DNA of 64,000 nt, from positions 389,706 to 453,705 of the forward strand of contig NZ_CBDBNY010000004.1 in the NCBI RefSeq assembly GCF_965208055.1, in the 5' to 3' direction. The position numbers and the translations under genes were made by a program. This DNA is from Candidatus Palauibacter sp. GTDB lineage: Bacteria > Gemmatimonadota > Gemmatimonadetes > Palauibacterales > Palauibacteraceae. The stretch's first letter is position 1, and each line of letters opens with the position of its first letter. The notes under the pieces are model-generated. The model worked only from the letters and a program-made list of their open reading frames with translations, did not search any database and was not told the origin of the DNA. Of the stretch, positions 1 to 8,834 are shown piece after piece.

Positions 1-235
1 GAGGTGACCACGACGTGGCGCTGGCGAGCATGGCCGGAACAGACCCGAGTCCGAGGAGGGGGCAGTCCGCCCCAGGTCTCTCGTGCTCGCACTCGCCGTC
101 GGCGCGGTGAAGCTCTGCGACCGTGACTGCGTGGTGGTCGTGGAGAACGTCCATCATGGGCAGGATGCCCACCAGGAGGAGGTGCACCAGCAGCAGCCAT
201 CCGCCACGCCGTCGGCTCGACGGAGGTCTCATCAT
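1..235 (-). CDS. Hypothetical small membrane protein; only the 5' part is present because the ORF runs off the left edge
   Basis: Minus-strand ATG at 235 opens a frame with no stop to position 1 (MMRPPSSRRRGGWLLLVHLLLVGILPMM...). It has one hydrophobic segment and GC-rich third codon positions. There is no clear RBS and I recognise no domain. Confidence 0.25.
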   Translation of the reverse strand, partial: MMRPPSSRRRGGWLLLVHLLLVGILPMMDVLHDHHAVTVAELHRADGECEHERPGADCPLLGLGSVPAMLASATSWSP

Positions 236-452
236 CGTCTCATCATCGTCTTCACCAGGCGAGGACGATATTCGTCGTGAAGCGCGACCGTCAACGGAGC
301 CGAGGAATTCGCGGTGGCCAACTTCCACCAACTCACGCCGGTCCTCGGATCCGCGTGTGAAACGCACCCCATCGCCGACGACGTATACTGACTGACCGAG
401 CTGAAGGCATCGATCCACGAGTCTTCGGCTGAAACGGGATTGAGGAGGTCGG

Positions 453-1724
453 ATGCAGCAGGCCGCGCGATGTCGCATCCTCTCGGTCCTGGTCCTCGCA
501 GGGTTGGGGTGCCGGGACGCATCTCAAGAGACGGACCGGCTCGACCCCGGGGCCGATTCCGCGACCAGTTCGACGACCGATTCCGCAGGCGTGACGATCG
601 TCCACATCTCGGATTTGCAGGATCTCGACCTTCCGGAACTGAACAGGCGGCTGCTCTACTCCACCTCGATCGACGTCGAGCTCTACCAGGTGGCGGGCGC
701 CGTGTTCCTTCCGGATTCGTCACTCGCAGTCGGAAACAAGGGGTCGTCTCAGATCCTCGTCCTCGATCAGCAGGGGAACCTTCTGGAACGAAGAGGCCGC
801 CGCGGAGAGGGGCCCGGAGAGTATGTCGACATTGCCTGGATCGGGGTCGACACGGACGGCACTCTCACCGTGTTCGACGATCGCGTGCGGCGAATCACCT
901 TCCTGGACGCGCAGGGAAGCGCGGCAGGGATCCAGCGTGTCGTGGTGACGGAGGCTCTTGTCCCGTTGGTTGGCCTCCCTGGCGGAGAGTTTCTCGCCGT
1001 GGTCGAGACGCGTCCCTTCCGTCCCCTGGGGTTGCAGCGGGCCCCCCTCTTTCTCGTGGTGGTTGACGCTGCGGGCGCGGTTGTGGACACGCTGGGTCAG
1101 TGGGCTGGCAAGCAACGCTATGCGACGCCCGATCGGCTGATCCAGGTCGGGTTCGCCGCCACCGCGCTCTATGCGGGACGCGGCCCCTACTCGGTGATTG
1201 CCACGACGGATTCGCTCGACGTGACCCTGTACGAAGCATCGACGCCGCTGACCCGGATCCATGGTAACCATTCTTCACGCCCGGTCACTGCCCGGGAGAA
1301 GGAGGCCTGGACCGAACTCTTTCTCGACCTCTACCCGGAAGCGGTGCGTCCGGCTCAGCGCCGAACGCTGGAGCAGTCGACCGTGCGGGACACTTATCCT
1401 GCCTTCGGCGCGCTGAAGGTGGCTGCCGATGGGGCGATATGGCTCGGCGGCTACGCGGAACTCGACGATGTGGAGCGGAACTGGACGGTCCTTCGGCGCG
1501 ACGGCGTCCCGCTCGGTCGCCTCAGCCTTCCCGTTTATCGTCCGGAGTTGCTGAAGGTCAGAGAGAGCGGAATCACGGGCTGGGCTCCAGTCGAGCTGGA
1601 GTCAACGATTCCCAGCGCCAGCCACGAGCTGCTCGACGTAACTGCGGACCGCATCGCCGTCCTCCGCACGAGCGAACTGGATGAAGAGTTCATCGAAGTG
1701 TACGCGATTGATCTGCCCCGGTAG
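453..1724 (+). CDS. Lipoprotein, probably with a 6-bladed beta-propeller fold
   Basis: A GAGGAGG RBS precedes the ATG. The signal peptide has a lipobox (VLAGLGC). The GRRGEGPGEY-type motif is typical of NHL/6-bladed propeller lipoproteins. It is a full-length 423-aa ORF. Confidence 0.7.
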   Translation: MQQAARCRILSVLVLAGLGCRDASQETDRLDPGADSATSSTTDSAGVTIVHISDLQDLDLPELNRRLLYSTSIDVELYQVAGAVFLPDSSLAVGNKGSSQILVLDQQGNLLERRGRRGEGPGEYVDIAWIGVDTDGTLTVFDDRVRRITFLDAQGSAAGIQRVVVTEALVPLVGLPGGEFLAVVETRPFRPLGLQRAPLFLVVVDAAGAVVDTLGQWAGKQRYATPDRLIQVGFAATALYAGRGPYSVIATTDSLDVTLYEASTPLTRIHGNHSSRPVTAREKEAWTELFLDLYPEAVRPAQRRTLEQSTVRDTYPAFGALKVAADGAIWLGGYAELDDVERNWTVLRRDGVPLGRLSLPVYRPELLKVRESGITGWAPVELESTIPSASHELLDVTADRIAVLRTSELDEEFIEVYAIDLPR

Positions 1725-1753
1725 CGGGGCCGCAATCCGGACCATGAGGTGCC

Positions 1754-2305
1754 TCAGCCGAACCTTTCATCGTATTCCCGGCATGCGGCAAGAAGGGATG
1801 CGGGGGCCGGCTCGCGCAACTCCCGCCGCCGGCACATTTCGGCCAGCTCGTTGACACATGGTTGGCAATCGCTAGCTCTGGCGAGCTTGGGATAGTTCTT
1901 CGCCCGTTCGTCCACGCTCTCCCCGCCGAGGTAGGCAATCCAGGTTTCGATGTTCCAGGTCGGTACGAAGATCGCCACCTTGTCTGCGGCAGACCTCGCC
2001 TCTACTCCCAGTTGCTTGCATGCCTCGCTCAATTGGCGCAGTCGCTCCTCAACACCGTATCTGTCTCCGTCAACGATAACGAGCAGGGTCCGGTCGACGT
2101 GGACGCTGCGGCCCGCAGCCAGCTCCCTCACGTAGGTATCCCGGACGAACGCGTCGGCAGCGCCGATGCCGCGGGATGACGACTCGATCCGAAGTTGGTG
2201 ATTGTTCGTCACGAAACCCGAGCGCCTCAGGAACCTTCGCGCGAACACCTCATGCTGCTGGTCCTCGCACACCAGCACGTACTGCACTCTGCGCTGCGGC
2301 GTCAC
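1754..2305 (-). CDS. Small Toprim-like partner protein (DUF4276/RloB-like) of the upstream ATPase
   Basis: GTG at 2305 overlaps the ATPase TGA (GTGA). The N-terminal acidic motif is YVLVCEDQQHE. There is a DxD-like VIVDGD motif and an NIETW motif near the C-terminus. The upstream part of the 258-aa ORF in the track is Arg/Gly-rich junk that overlaps the ATPase gene. Confidence 0.6.
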   Translation of the reverse strand: MTPQRRVQYVLVCEDQQHEVFARRFLRRSGFVTNNHQLRIESSSRGIGAADAFVRDTYVRELAAGRSVHVDRTLLVIVDGDRYGVEERLRQLSEACKQLGVEARSAADKVAIFVPTWNIETWIAYLGGESVDERAKNYPKLARASDCQPCVNELAEMCRRRELREPAPASLLAACREYDERFG

Positions 2306-3423
2306 CGCTCCCAGCCTCGAGCCATCAATTGGGAGAGCTTCAGCGGACCGTCCCCCGTCGGCTTCTCCAAGCCCTCGGCCAGCGGCTCCACTCTGGCCGG
2401 ACCGACTCCGTCGCGGTATAGCAGAATCCCTCGGTCCGCCCCCAGATAATCGATGGCCTCCGGGTGGTGCGAGCACAGTACGGCCTGCGGGAAAGCGCTT
2501 CCACAGGCGTCTGCGAGCGTGATCAACCACGGCTGGATTTCGCGGAGCCCGACATAGTTGAAGGGTTCATCGATCAGGAGAACCCGCCCTTGGCCGACCG
2601 TAAGGAACGTGAGGGCGTACAGAACGATCAGCGCCCGTTGGCCATCGGACAACTCCGAGAACCTGTACTCCCACGGTTCATCCGCCTCGCCAAATACCCC
2701 GACCAAGGCCCTCGTCTCGGCGCCGACCCTCTCCAGACGAAATCCCCGGAGGCCGTCCAGCACTTCCTTCATCGCTTGGACGTATTCCGCGTTGAGGTGT
2801 TGCCGCTCCTGCAGAAGGTGGCGATAAAACCGGACGAAGTTTGTTCCGTCCCGCGCCAGCGTTTGGTCCTCATCGTCCGCCTCGGCTGCGAACGCCGGAG
2901 GGTTGAGCCGGCAAACGACCGTGTCCCGCATGAATCTCAGAAACCGGGTGAGGCGTGCGTTCTTATCCATCTCCACCACGCGAGCCAGAGCAGATTCCGT
3001 CCAGTCGGCGAGGAACTCGGGACCCTCGGAATGATCGTCGCGGTAAAGCTGTACCTTCCCACGCTCGAAACGGAAAAGCGGGCCTCCATTCCCCGTAAGC
3101 GCCTCCAGATTTATCCGTGCGCGGCGTTCCACGGGGTCTTGCTCCACCTCCATGCGGTAGACGAACTCGTCTCCGTTCAGCTCTACGTCGGTCTCGAACA
3201 CCTGAACGGCGCGATCCTGCCAGCGGGTCCGCGACGAAGGTGGGAAGATGTCTCTGTCGGTCACCCTCGACGTGCCCTCGAGCAACCTGCGCAAGGCGTA
3301 GAGCGCATCCAGCACGGACGTCTTACCCGCGCCGTTTCGCCCGACGAGAAGCGTCAGCTCATGAAGACGCAACTCGAAGTTGACGAAGCACTTGTAGTTA
3401 TCAATGTAGATGCGCTTGATCAT
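2302..3423 (-). CDS. ABC/AAA_21-type ATPase (like the N-terminal ATPase of OLD-family nucleases)
   Basis: The N-terminus is MIKRIYIDNYKCF...LLVGRNGAGKTS (Walker A). LSDGQRAL is signature-like and VLLIDEP is Walker B. Confidence 0.85.
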   Translation of the reverse strand: MIKRIYIDNYKCFVNFELRLHELTLLVGRNGAGKTSVLDALYALRRLLEGTSRVTDRDIFPPSSRTRWQDRAVQVFETDVELNGDEFVYRMEVEQDPVERRARINLEALTGNGGPLFRFERGKVQLYRDDHSEGPEFLADWTESALARVVEMDKNARLTRFLRFMRDTVVCRLNPPAFAAEADDEDQTLARDGTNFVRFYRHLLQERQHLNAEYVQAMKEVLDGLRGFRLERVGAETRALVGVFGEADEPWEYRFSELSDGQRALIVLYALTFLTVGQGRVLLIDEPFNYVGLREIQPWLITLADACGSAFPQAVLCSHHPEAIDYLGADRGILLYRDGVGPARVEPLAEGLEKPTGDGPLKLSQLMARGWER

Positions 3424-3576
3424 TTTCCGGATGCCTCATCTCACTCTGCGTGTCCTGGCTTCGGGAAGCTAACGCCGGTCCCACGGAGCCACCACCGAAC
3501 GCAGGCACATCGCACGTCGTGTATCTTCGGTCCGTCTTTCAGGAATCCAGCCTCCGCCGCGGGAGCGTCACATCTC

Positions 3577-4011
3577 ATGAGCAACGATACGATCCCACGG
3601 GGACCGATCGAACGGACGATCGAACTCGACGCCTCGCCCGCGCGCGCGTGGGTGGCGCTGGCCGACCCCGAGGGGCTGGCCTCGTGGTTCCCGGACCGGG
3701 TGGAGGGACTCGCGCCGGAAGAGGGGTCGACGGGCTGGCTCGTGTGGGACAAGCACGGGCGGTACGCGATCGCGATCGAGTGGATGGAGGCCGGGCGCCG
3801 GCTCGTGTGGCGCTGGGCCCGGAAGCCGGAGACCCCGCTCGACGGCGGCTACAACACGACGGTGCAGTGGACGCTCACCGAACGGGAGGGCGGCGGGACG
3901 ATCCTGCGCCTGGTCGAGAGCGGCTTCCGGACCGAGAGCGACCGCCAGGACAACGTCGGCGGCTGGGAGCACGAACTCGGCGAACTCGCCGACCACCTCG
4001 CGACCGCCTGA
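3577..4011 (+). CDS. SRPBCC / AHSA1-family protein
   Basis: The 144-aa product begins MSNDTIPRGPIERTIELDASPARAWVALADPEGLASWF, a typical Aha1/SRPBCC start. The rest of the 515-aa ORF in the track is antisense to the ATPase gene. Confidence 0.8.
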   Translation: MSNDTIPRGPIERTIELDASPARAWVALADPEGLASWFPDRVEGLAPEEGSTGWLVWDKHGRYAIAIEWMEAGRRLVWRWARKPETPLDGGYNTTVQWTLTEREGGGTILRLVESGFRTESDRQDNVGGWEHELGELADHLATA

Positions 4012-4050
4012 CCCGAAGCCGCCTGACGCGGTTCCTCCGGCCGTCTGCGG

Positions 4051-5199
4051 CTACGACTTCGGGATGTCCTTGCCGGGATCCACGAAGGGGCGGGGGACGA
4101 CCGTCGCGTCGCGTTCTCCGTCGGGCGTGCCCACGCTCAACCGCGTGCCCAGCTCTCCGGAGGCGGCGGGCACGAGCGCGTAGCCGATGTTCCGCCCGAG
4201 ACGCGGCGAGTGGACGGCGGAGGTCACGAAGCCGATCTCCGCTCCGTCCCGGCGCACCGGCCAGCGGTCCACGTTCAGGTCGAGCGGGGCGCCCGAGATT
4301 TCGATGCCGGCGAGGAGTCGCCGCGGACCCTCCTCGGCGATCCGAGCCAGCGCTTCGCGACCGATGAAGTCGCCCTCCTGATCGAAATCCACCTGCCAGC
4401 CGAGCCCGACCTCGTACGGGTTCGTGTCCAGCGTCATGTCGATGCCGTAGTTGAGGATGCCGGCTTCGATGCGGCGGATGTCCGACGGGCCCGTGGGTGA
4501 GATGCCCAGGTCGCGTCCCGCCTCCATCACGCGGTCCCAGAGTTCGACCCCCCGGCTTCCGTCCCTGAGGTAGATCTCGTAGCCGACTTCGCCGCTCCAG
4601 CCGGTGCGGGTCACGACCACCGGGATGCCGTCCAGGTCGGTCTCGAGGAACCAGTAGTAGCGCAGCCCGAGGACGTCCTCCCCGAACAGCCGGCGCACGA
4701 CGTCCTTCGACTTCGGGCCCTGCACCTGCATCGGCGACACATCCGGCTCGCAGATGTCGACATCGAGGCCGGAGTTCAGCGCGATGCCCTTCGCGTACAG
4801 CAGCACATCGCTGTCCGCCAAGGCGAGCCAGAAGTGGTTCTCGGCCAGGCGCAGCAGCACGGGGTCGTTCACGATCCCGCCGTCCTCGGCGCCGATGAGG
4901 ACGTATTTGCCCTGCCCGACGGCGCACGTCGACAGATCCCTCGGGGTGAGCAGGTTCGTGAACTCGAAGGCGTCCGGCCCCGTGATCTCGACCTGCCGCT
5001 CGACGCTCACGTCCCACACCGTGACGCCGGTCAGGAGCTTCTCGTACTCCGCGTGCAGGTCGTCGTAGCGGGTGGGGAGAAACATGTGGTTGTAGACCGT
5101 GTAGCTCCGGCATCCGTCGCGGAGGGTGGCCTCGAAGTAGGGCGAGCGGCGGAGCCGGGCCCCGCGCTGGATCAAGGCCATGTCGAAGGTCTCGGTCAT
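4051..5199 (-). CDS. Aminomethyltransferase of the GcvT family (DmdA-like)
   Basis: The product shows full-length similarity by eye to folate-dependent GcvT/DmdA enzymes (RRSPYFEAT..., WDVSVERQVEITGPDA, GGIVNDPVLLRL, PMQVQGPKS, TRTGWSGEVGYEIY). Confidence 0.85.
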   Translation of the reverse strand: MTETFDMALIQRGARLRRSPYFEATLRDGCRSYTVYNHMFLPTRYDDLHAEYEKLLTGVTVWDVSVERQVEITGPDAFEFTNLLTPRDLSTCAVGQGKYVLIGAEDGGIVNDPVLLRLAENHFWLALADSDVLLYAKGIALNSGLDVDICEPDVSPMQVQGPKSKDVVRRLFGEDVLGLRYYWFLETDLDGIPVVVTRTGWSGEVGYEIYLRDGSRGVELWDRVMEAGRDLGISPTGPSDIRRIEAGILNYGIDMTLDTNPYEVGLGWQVDFDQEGDFIGREALARIAEEGPRRLLAGIEISGAPLDLNVDRWPVRRDGAEIGFVTSAVHSPRLGRNIGYALVPAASGELGTRLSVGTPDGERDATVVPRPFVDPGKDIPKS

Positions 5200-5528
5200 G
5201 AGGTTTCCCCTCCGGGTCTACGGGTTGGGTCGGTGTCACGGGACGGAATCGGTTCCGGCGAATGCCGCAGCGTAAGGTGCGCGGATCATATGCGCCGACC
5301 CGAACGGACGGCCAGCCCGAGCGGAGTGGTCGTGAACTTCGGCCGCAGCTCCGCCGCTGCGGATTCCCGATGTCGAGGCCTTTCGGTCGACTACGACAAC
5401 GAAATCGTTGGCAACGATCTTGTTGGAAAACCCTGTCGTCAGTCACCCCATGGGCTCTTGCTCGCGAACGACGCAGCCTGTACCCGGAAGTGATGGGTAG
5501 GCCAGCTCTTGCCGTCGGGACACACGAT

Positions 5529-8500
5529 ATGAATCGTCGCACGAACAACGTTGCCAGCGTGGACAACACCATCCCCCGTCCGGGGATGCTGGCCACCGTG
5601 CGGAACCGACGCGGCACAGTGACGTCGGTCTCCCCCTTCGACGGCGAGACGGGACGGCTACATCTCGTTCATCTCGAATACCGTGACGGCGGCTCGCCGT
5701 CCGACGAGCGTCTGCTGTGGGAACTCGAGCCGCGCAAGACCCTCCTTGAGCCGACCGCATTACCGGACGCTTCCCGCTCCGATCCCATGCCTCCGGCCGA
5801 TTTCGACGCTCTGCTACGGGCCGCGCGATGGACCGCGCTGTCGCCGTACCTGGGTCTCGATGGCAAGGGTCGCGAGGAGGGTGAGGAGGTAGTCGCGAGC
5901 CCCTTCCACGGCGGCGTGCGCGTCGAGGACTTCCAGCTTGCCCCTCTCCTGCAGGCACTGCGGATGCCTCGCGTCAGCCTGCTCATTGCCGATGATGTAG
6001 GGCTGGGGAAGACGATCGAGGCGAGCCTGATCCTCACGGAACTCCTCCTCCGGCGTCGCATCCGGCGGGTCCTCGTGCTCACGCCCGCCACGCTGCGCGA
6101 CCAATGGAGGGAGGAGTTGTGGGAGAAGTTCTCGCTGTCCTTTCAGGTGGTCGACCGCCAGACGACGGAAGACCTACGGCGTAATCTCGGCATCGACGCA
6201 AACCCATGGCGGTCGTTCAGCCGGATCATCGCCTCGTACCATTACCTGCGGCAGCCGGATGTGTGCGAGCAGTTTCTGTCGGCATGCGTGACGCCGGAAG
6301 GGACACCCCACCTGCCGTGGGATCTGTTGATCGTGGACGAGTGTCACAACCTCATGCCGGCGGCATTCGGGGAGGACAGCCAGCTTTGCCGTACGCTCGG
6401 TCTCGTGGCGCCCCGCTTCGAGCACCGCGTGTTTCTCTCGGCCACCCCTCACAACGGCCATACGCGTTCGTTTACGGGGCTGCTTGAAATGCTCGATCCC
6501 GTTCGCTTCACGCGCACGAGCCGTATGGGGCCCGCCATGCACCAGCGGGTCAATGATGTGTTCATTCGCAGGCTGAAGCGGGACATCAACGCCGGTGCCT
6601 CGGGGCCGCGCTTTTGCACTCGAAACCCGCCTCGCGCCCTGTCCCTCGCGACCAACCCGCGCGAAGCCGAACTGGCGGCCGCCTTTGACGCGTTTCGCGC
6701 CGCGGTCGGGCGGCTTGTCGCCGCCGGGACAAAGGGCCGCCGCCGTGCCGGCACGTTCGCCGTGGAGGTGCTGAATAAGCGGCTGCTCTCCTGCCCCGCC
6801 GCGTTCGCGGATTCCTGGCAGCGCACGATGCGGGGGATGTCCGAGGAAGCCGTCACGGATACCGATGTCGCGGTGGCGGAGCGCGTCGTGAGGCGCAGGA
6901 CCGGAGACGACAGGGAAGCGCAACAGCGCCAAGCGACGGCGGCCGCCGTCGTCGGCGGCTGGCTGAGGAACTATCGAGACGATCTGGAGCACGAAATCCG
7001 GCGCATCCAACGCGCTGTTGAAGCCCTCGGATTCGACGACGACGAGCCACCGCCCACGGAACGGACGCCCACCGAAGACGCGCGCTTCGACAAGCTGGTG
7101 GAGTTGGTCGAGGAGTTGTTGAGGCGGGAGAGCGGATTCCGGGAAGACGAACGACTGATCATCTTCACGGAGTACAAGACGACGCTCGACTACTTGGCGA
7201 ACCGGCTGCGGCGGCAGTATCGGGAGGACCGGGTGTTGACGCTGTTCGGAATGGGCGGTCCGGGCGGCATGGGCACGACCGAGCGCGACAGCGTCAAGGC
7301 CGCGTTCAACGATCCGGACGCAGATGTGCGCATCCTCGTCGCGACGGATGCTGCTTCGGAGGGCCTCAACCTCCACCGCACCGCCCGCTATCTTCTGCAC
7401 TACGACTGCCCGTGGAATCCGTCCCGTCTGGAACAGCGGAACGGACGCCTCGACCGCTACGGGCAGGCCCGCGACGTCACGGTGCATCATTTCGACAGCG
7501 CCGCCGACGCCGACGTTCGCTTCCTCGGCCATGTGATCCGCAAGGCGGACGAAATCCGTGAGGATCTGGGTTCCGCAAACGAGGTCTTCGATCGCGCCGT
7601 CCGGCGCCGGCTCATCCGGGGGGAGGATTCGAGCCTTGTACAGAACGCTCTCGATTTGGGCATTGGCGCGGTACGAGACGACGGGCTGAGCGGGTTCGAC
7701 GCATCGCTTGCCGTGCGCGACGGACATGAGCATCTGGTCGACCTGCCGGAAGCGCTGGCTGACGCCATCGAGCTGAGCGGCCCTGCGATGGCGGAGACGC
7801 TGGAGGCCGCGATGGCGTCGGGTCCGCCGCCGCAGCTTGAGCCCTGCGGGGAGCCCGAGCTGTACAGGCTTCGGCAGCCCGACCTTCCCGGGTGGCGGAA
7901 CGTGATCGATCGCTCCGTGCGCAGACCTCCGGCAAGCCCGATGGGCGCGTTGGAACCCGTCCGCAAGCTCGCGTTCGGCCCGAGTCCGTTCATCGAGCGG
8001 CTCGGCGACTTCGATGTGTTCCAGACCCGACCGGACGCGCTCCTGCTGCACTTGGCGCACCCGATGATGAAGCGCGCCCTCGGCTCGCTCACCCGGCGGC
8101 GCTATCCGGGCGAGAGCGGTGTGTCGCGTTGGACGGTGCGGCGCGGTGGCGTGAAGCCCGGCGATGAAGCCCTCATCCTCCTCAGCTTCGAGGAACTCGG
8201 CGTGAACGAACTCCGGGAAACGTTTCACCGCTGGGTGGGGACCGTCGCCTTTCCGGTCCGGGACGGACGGATCGGGAGTCCGTCCCCGGCTGTGTCGCGA
8301 GCCTTGCTCGGGAACGGGTGCGCCACGAACGATTCCGGGGACCGGGACCTCGCGCGCGAGCTGCTCGGCGATGCGAGTTCGCTCCTGCGGAAGTGGCTGC
8401 TGAAGCACGAGAGCGACCTTACGCGGAGGCTGCGGATCCAGATGGAGGCCGATGAGGCGGCGGCCAGGAGCCGGGAGGACGAGCGTTACCGGAGTCAGGA

Positions 8501-8834
8501 GGGCGAGGTGTCGGCGCTGATCGAGCGCTCCACCGTCGAGCGGCTCACGCGCGAAATCGGCGACCTAAGGACCAAGCGCCAGCAGGTCCAGTTGTTCGAG
8601 GATGCGGCCGACCTCGAGAGGCTGGAGCAGTCGATCGAAGAGAAGCGGGAGGAAATCGAACGGCGTCGCACACATTACGAGGAAATCCGCGAGCAACTTC
8701 GCCGGGAACGGGTGCGTATCCTCGATCGTCTGCTCCCGGCGCGCTTCGCCTTGGCGGGCCAGGCGAAAGTGTTCCCCATTACGGTCGAGGTTCGCCTCGC
8801 CGAGCCGGTCGTTGACGGGAGCGGGACGAGATGA
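5529..8834 (+). CDS. SNF2-family helicase (DISARM DrmD-like)
   Basis: Motifs seen are ADDVGLGKTIEA (motif I), LLIVDECHNL (DExH), LVATDAASEGLNLH and NPSRLEQRNGRLDRYGQ (motifs V/VI), plus a C-terminal coiled coil. The start is uncertain and ATG 5529 was chosen. The stop overlaps the next gene (ATGA). Confidence 0.85.
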   Translation: MNRRTNNVASVDNTIPRPGMLATVRNRRGTVTSVSPFDGETGRLHLVHLEYRDGGSPSDERLLWELEPRKTLLEPTALPDASRSDPMPPADFDALLRAARWTALSPYLGLDGKGREEGEEVVASPFHGGVRVEDFQLAPLLQALRMPRVSLLIADDVGLGKTIEASLILTELLLRRRIRRVLVLTPATLRDQWREELWEKFSLSFQVVDRQTTEDLRRNLGIDANPWRSFSRIIASYHYLRQPDVCEQFLSACVTPEGTPHLPWDLLIVDECHNLMPAAFGEDSQLCRTLGLVAPRFEHRVFLSATPHNGHTRSFTGLLEMLDPVRFTRTSRMGPAMHQRVNDVFIRRLKRDINAGASGPRFCTRNPPRALSLATNPREAELAAAFDAFRAAVGRLVAAGTKGRRRAGTFAVEVLNKRLLSCPAAFADSWQRTMRGMSEEAVTDTDVAVAERVVRRRTGDDREAQQRQATAAAVVGGWLRNYRDDLEHEIRRIQRAVEALGFDDDEPPPTERTPTEDARFDKLVELVEELLRRESGFREDERLIIFTEYKTTLDYLANRLRRQYREDRVLTLFGMGGPGGMGTTERDSVKAAFNDPDADVRILVATDAASEGLNLHRTARYLLHYDCPWNPSRLEQRNGRLDRYGQARDVTVHHFDSAADADVRFLGHVIRKADEIREDLGSANEVFDRAVRRRLIRGEDSSLVQNALDLGIGAVRDDGLSGFDASLAVRDGHEHLVDLPEALADAIELSGPAMAETLEAAMASGPPPQLEPCGEPELYRLRQPDLPGWRNVIDRSVRRPPASPMGALEPVRKLAFGPSPFIERLGDFDVFQTRPDALLLHLAHPMMKRALGSLTRRRYPGESGVSRWTVRRGGVKPGDEALILLSFEELGVNELRETFHRWVGTVAFPVRDGRIGSPSPAVSRALLGNGCATNDSGDRDLARELLGDASSLLRKWLLKHESDLTRRLRIQMEADEAAARSREDERYRSQEGEVSALIERSTVERLTREIGDLRTKRQQVQLFEDAADLERLEQSIEEKREEIERRRTHYEEIREQLRRERVRILDRLLPARFALAGQAKVFPITVEVRLAEPVVDGSGTR

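Noticed and set aside
2464-3576. The N-terminal 370 codons of the 515-aa plus-strand ORF 2464-4011.
   Set aside because: This part is antisense to the well-supported ATPase gene and has no protein-like features. Only the last 144 codons (3577-4011) form a recognisable SRPBCC protein.
6174-8408. Very long antisense or alternative-frame ORFs throughout the window. Examples are 3875-5617(-), 6174-8408(-), 9953-11434(-), 18622-20601(-), 20635-22629(-), 23236-24762(-), 42428-44542(+), 46602-48779(-), 48536-51088(-) and 56307-58739(+).
   Set aside because: They overlap genes that have clear domain signatures. Their products are Arg/Pro/Gly-rich low-complexity strings with no motifs. This is typical of shadow ORFs in roughly 70% GC DNA.
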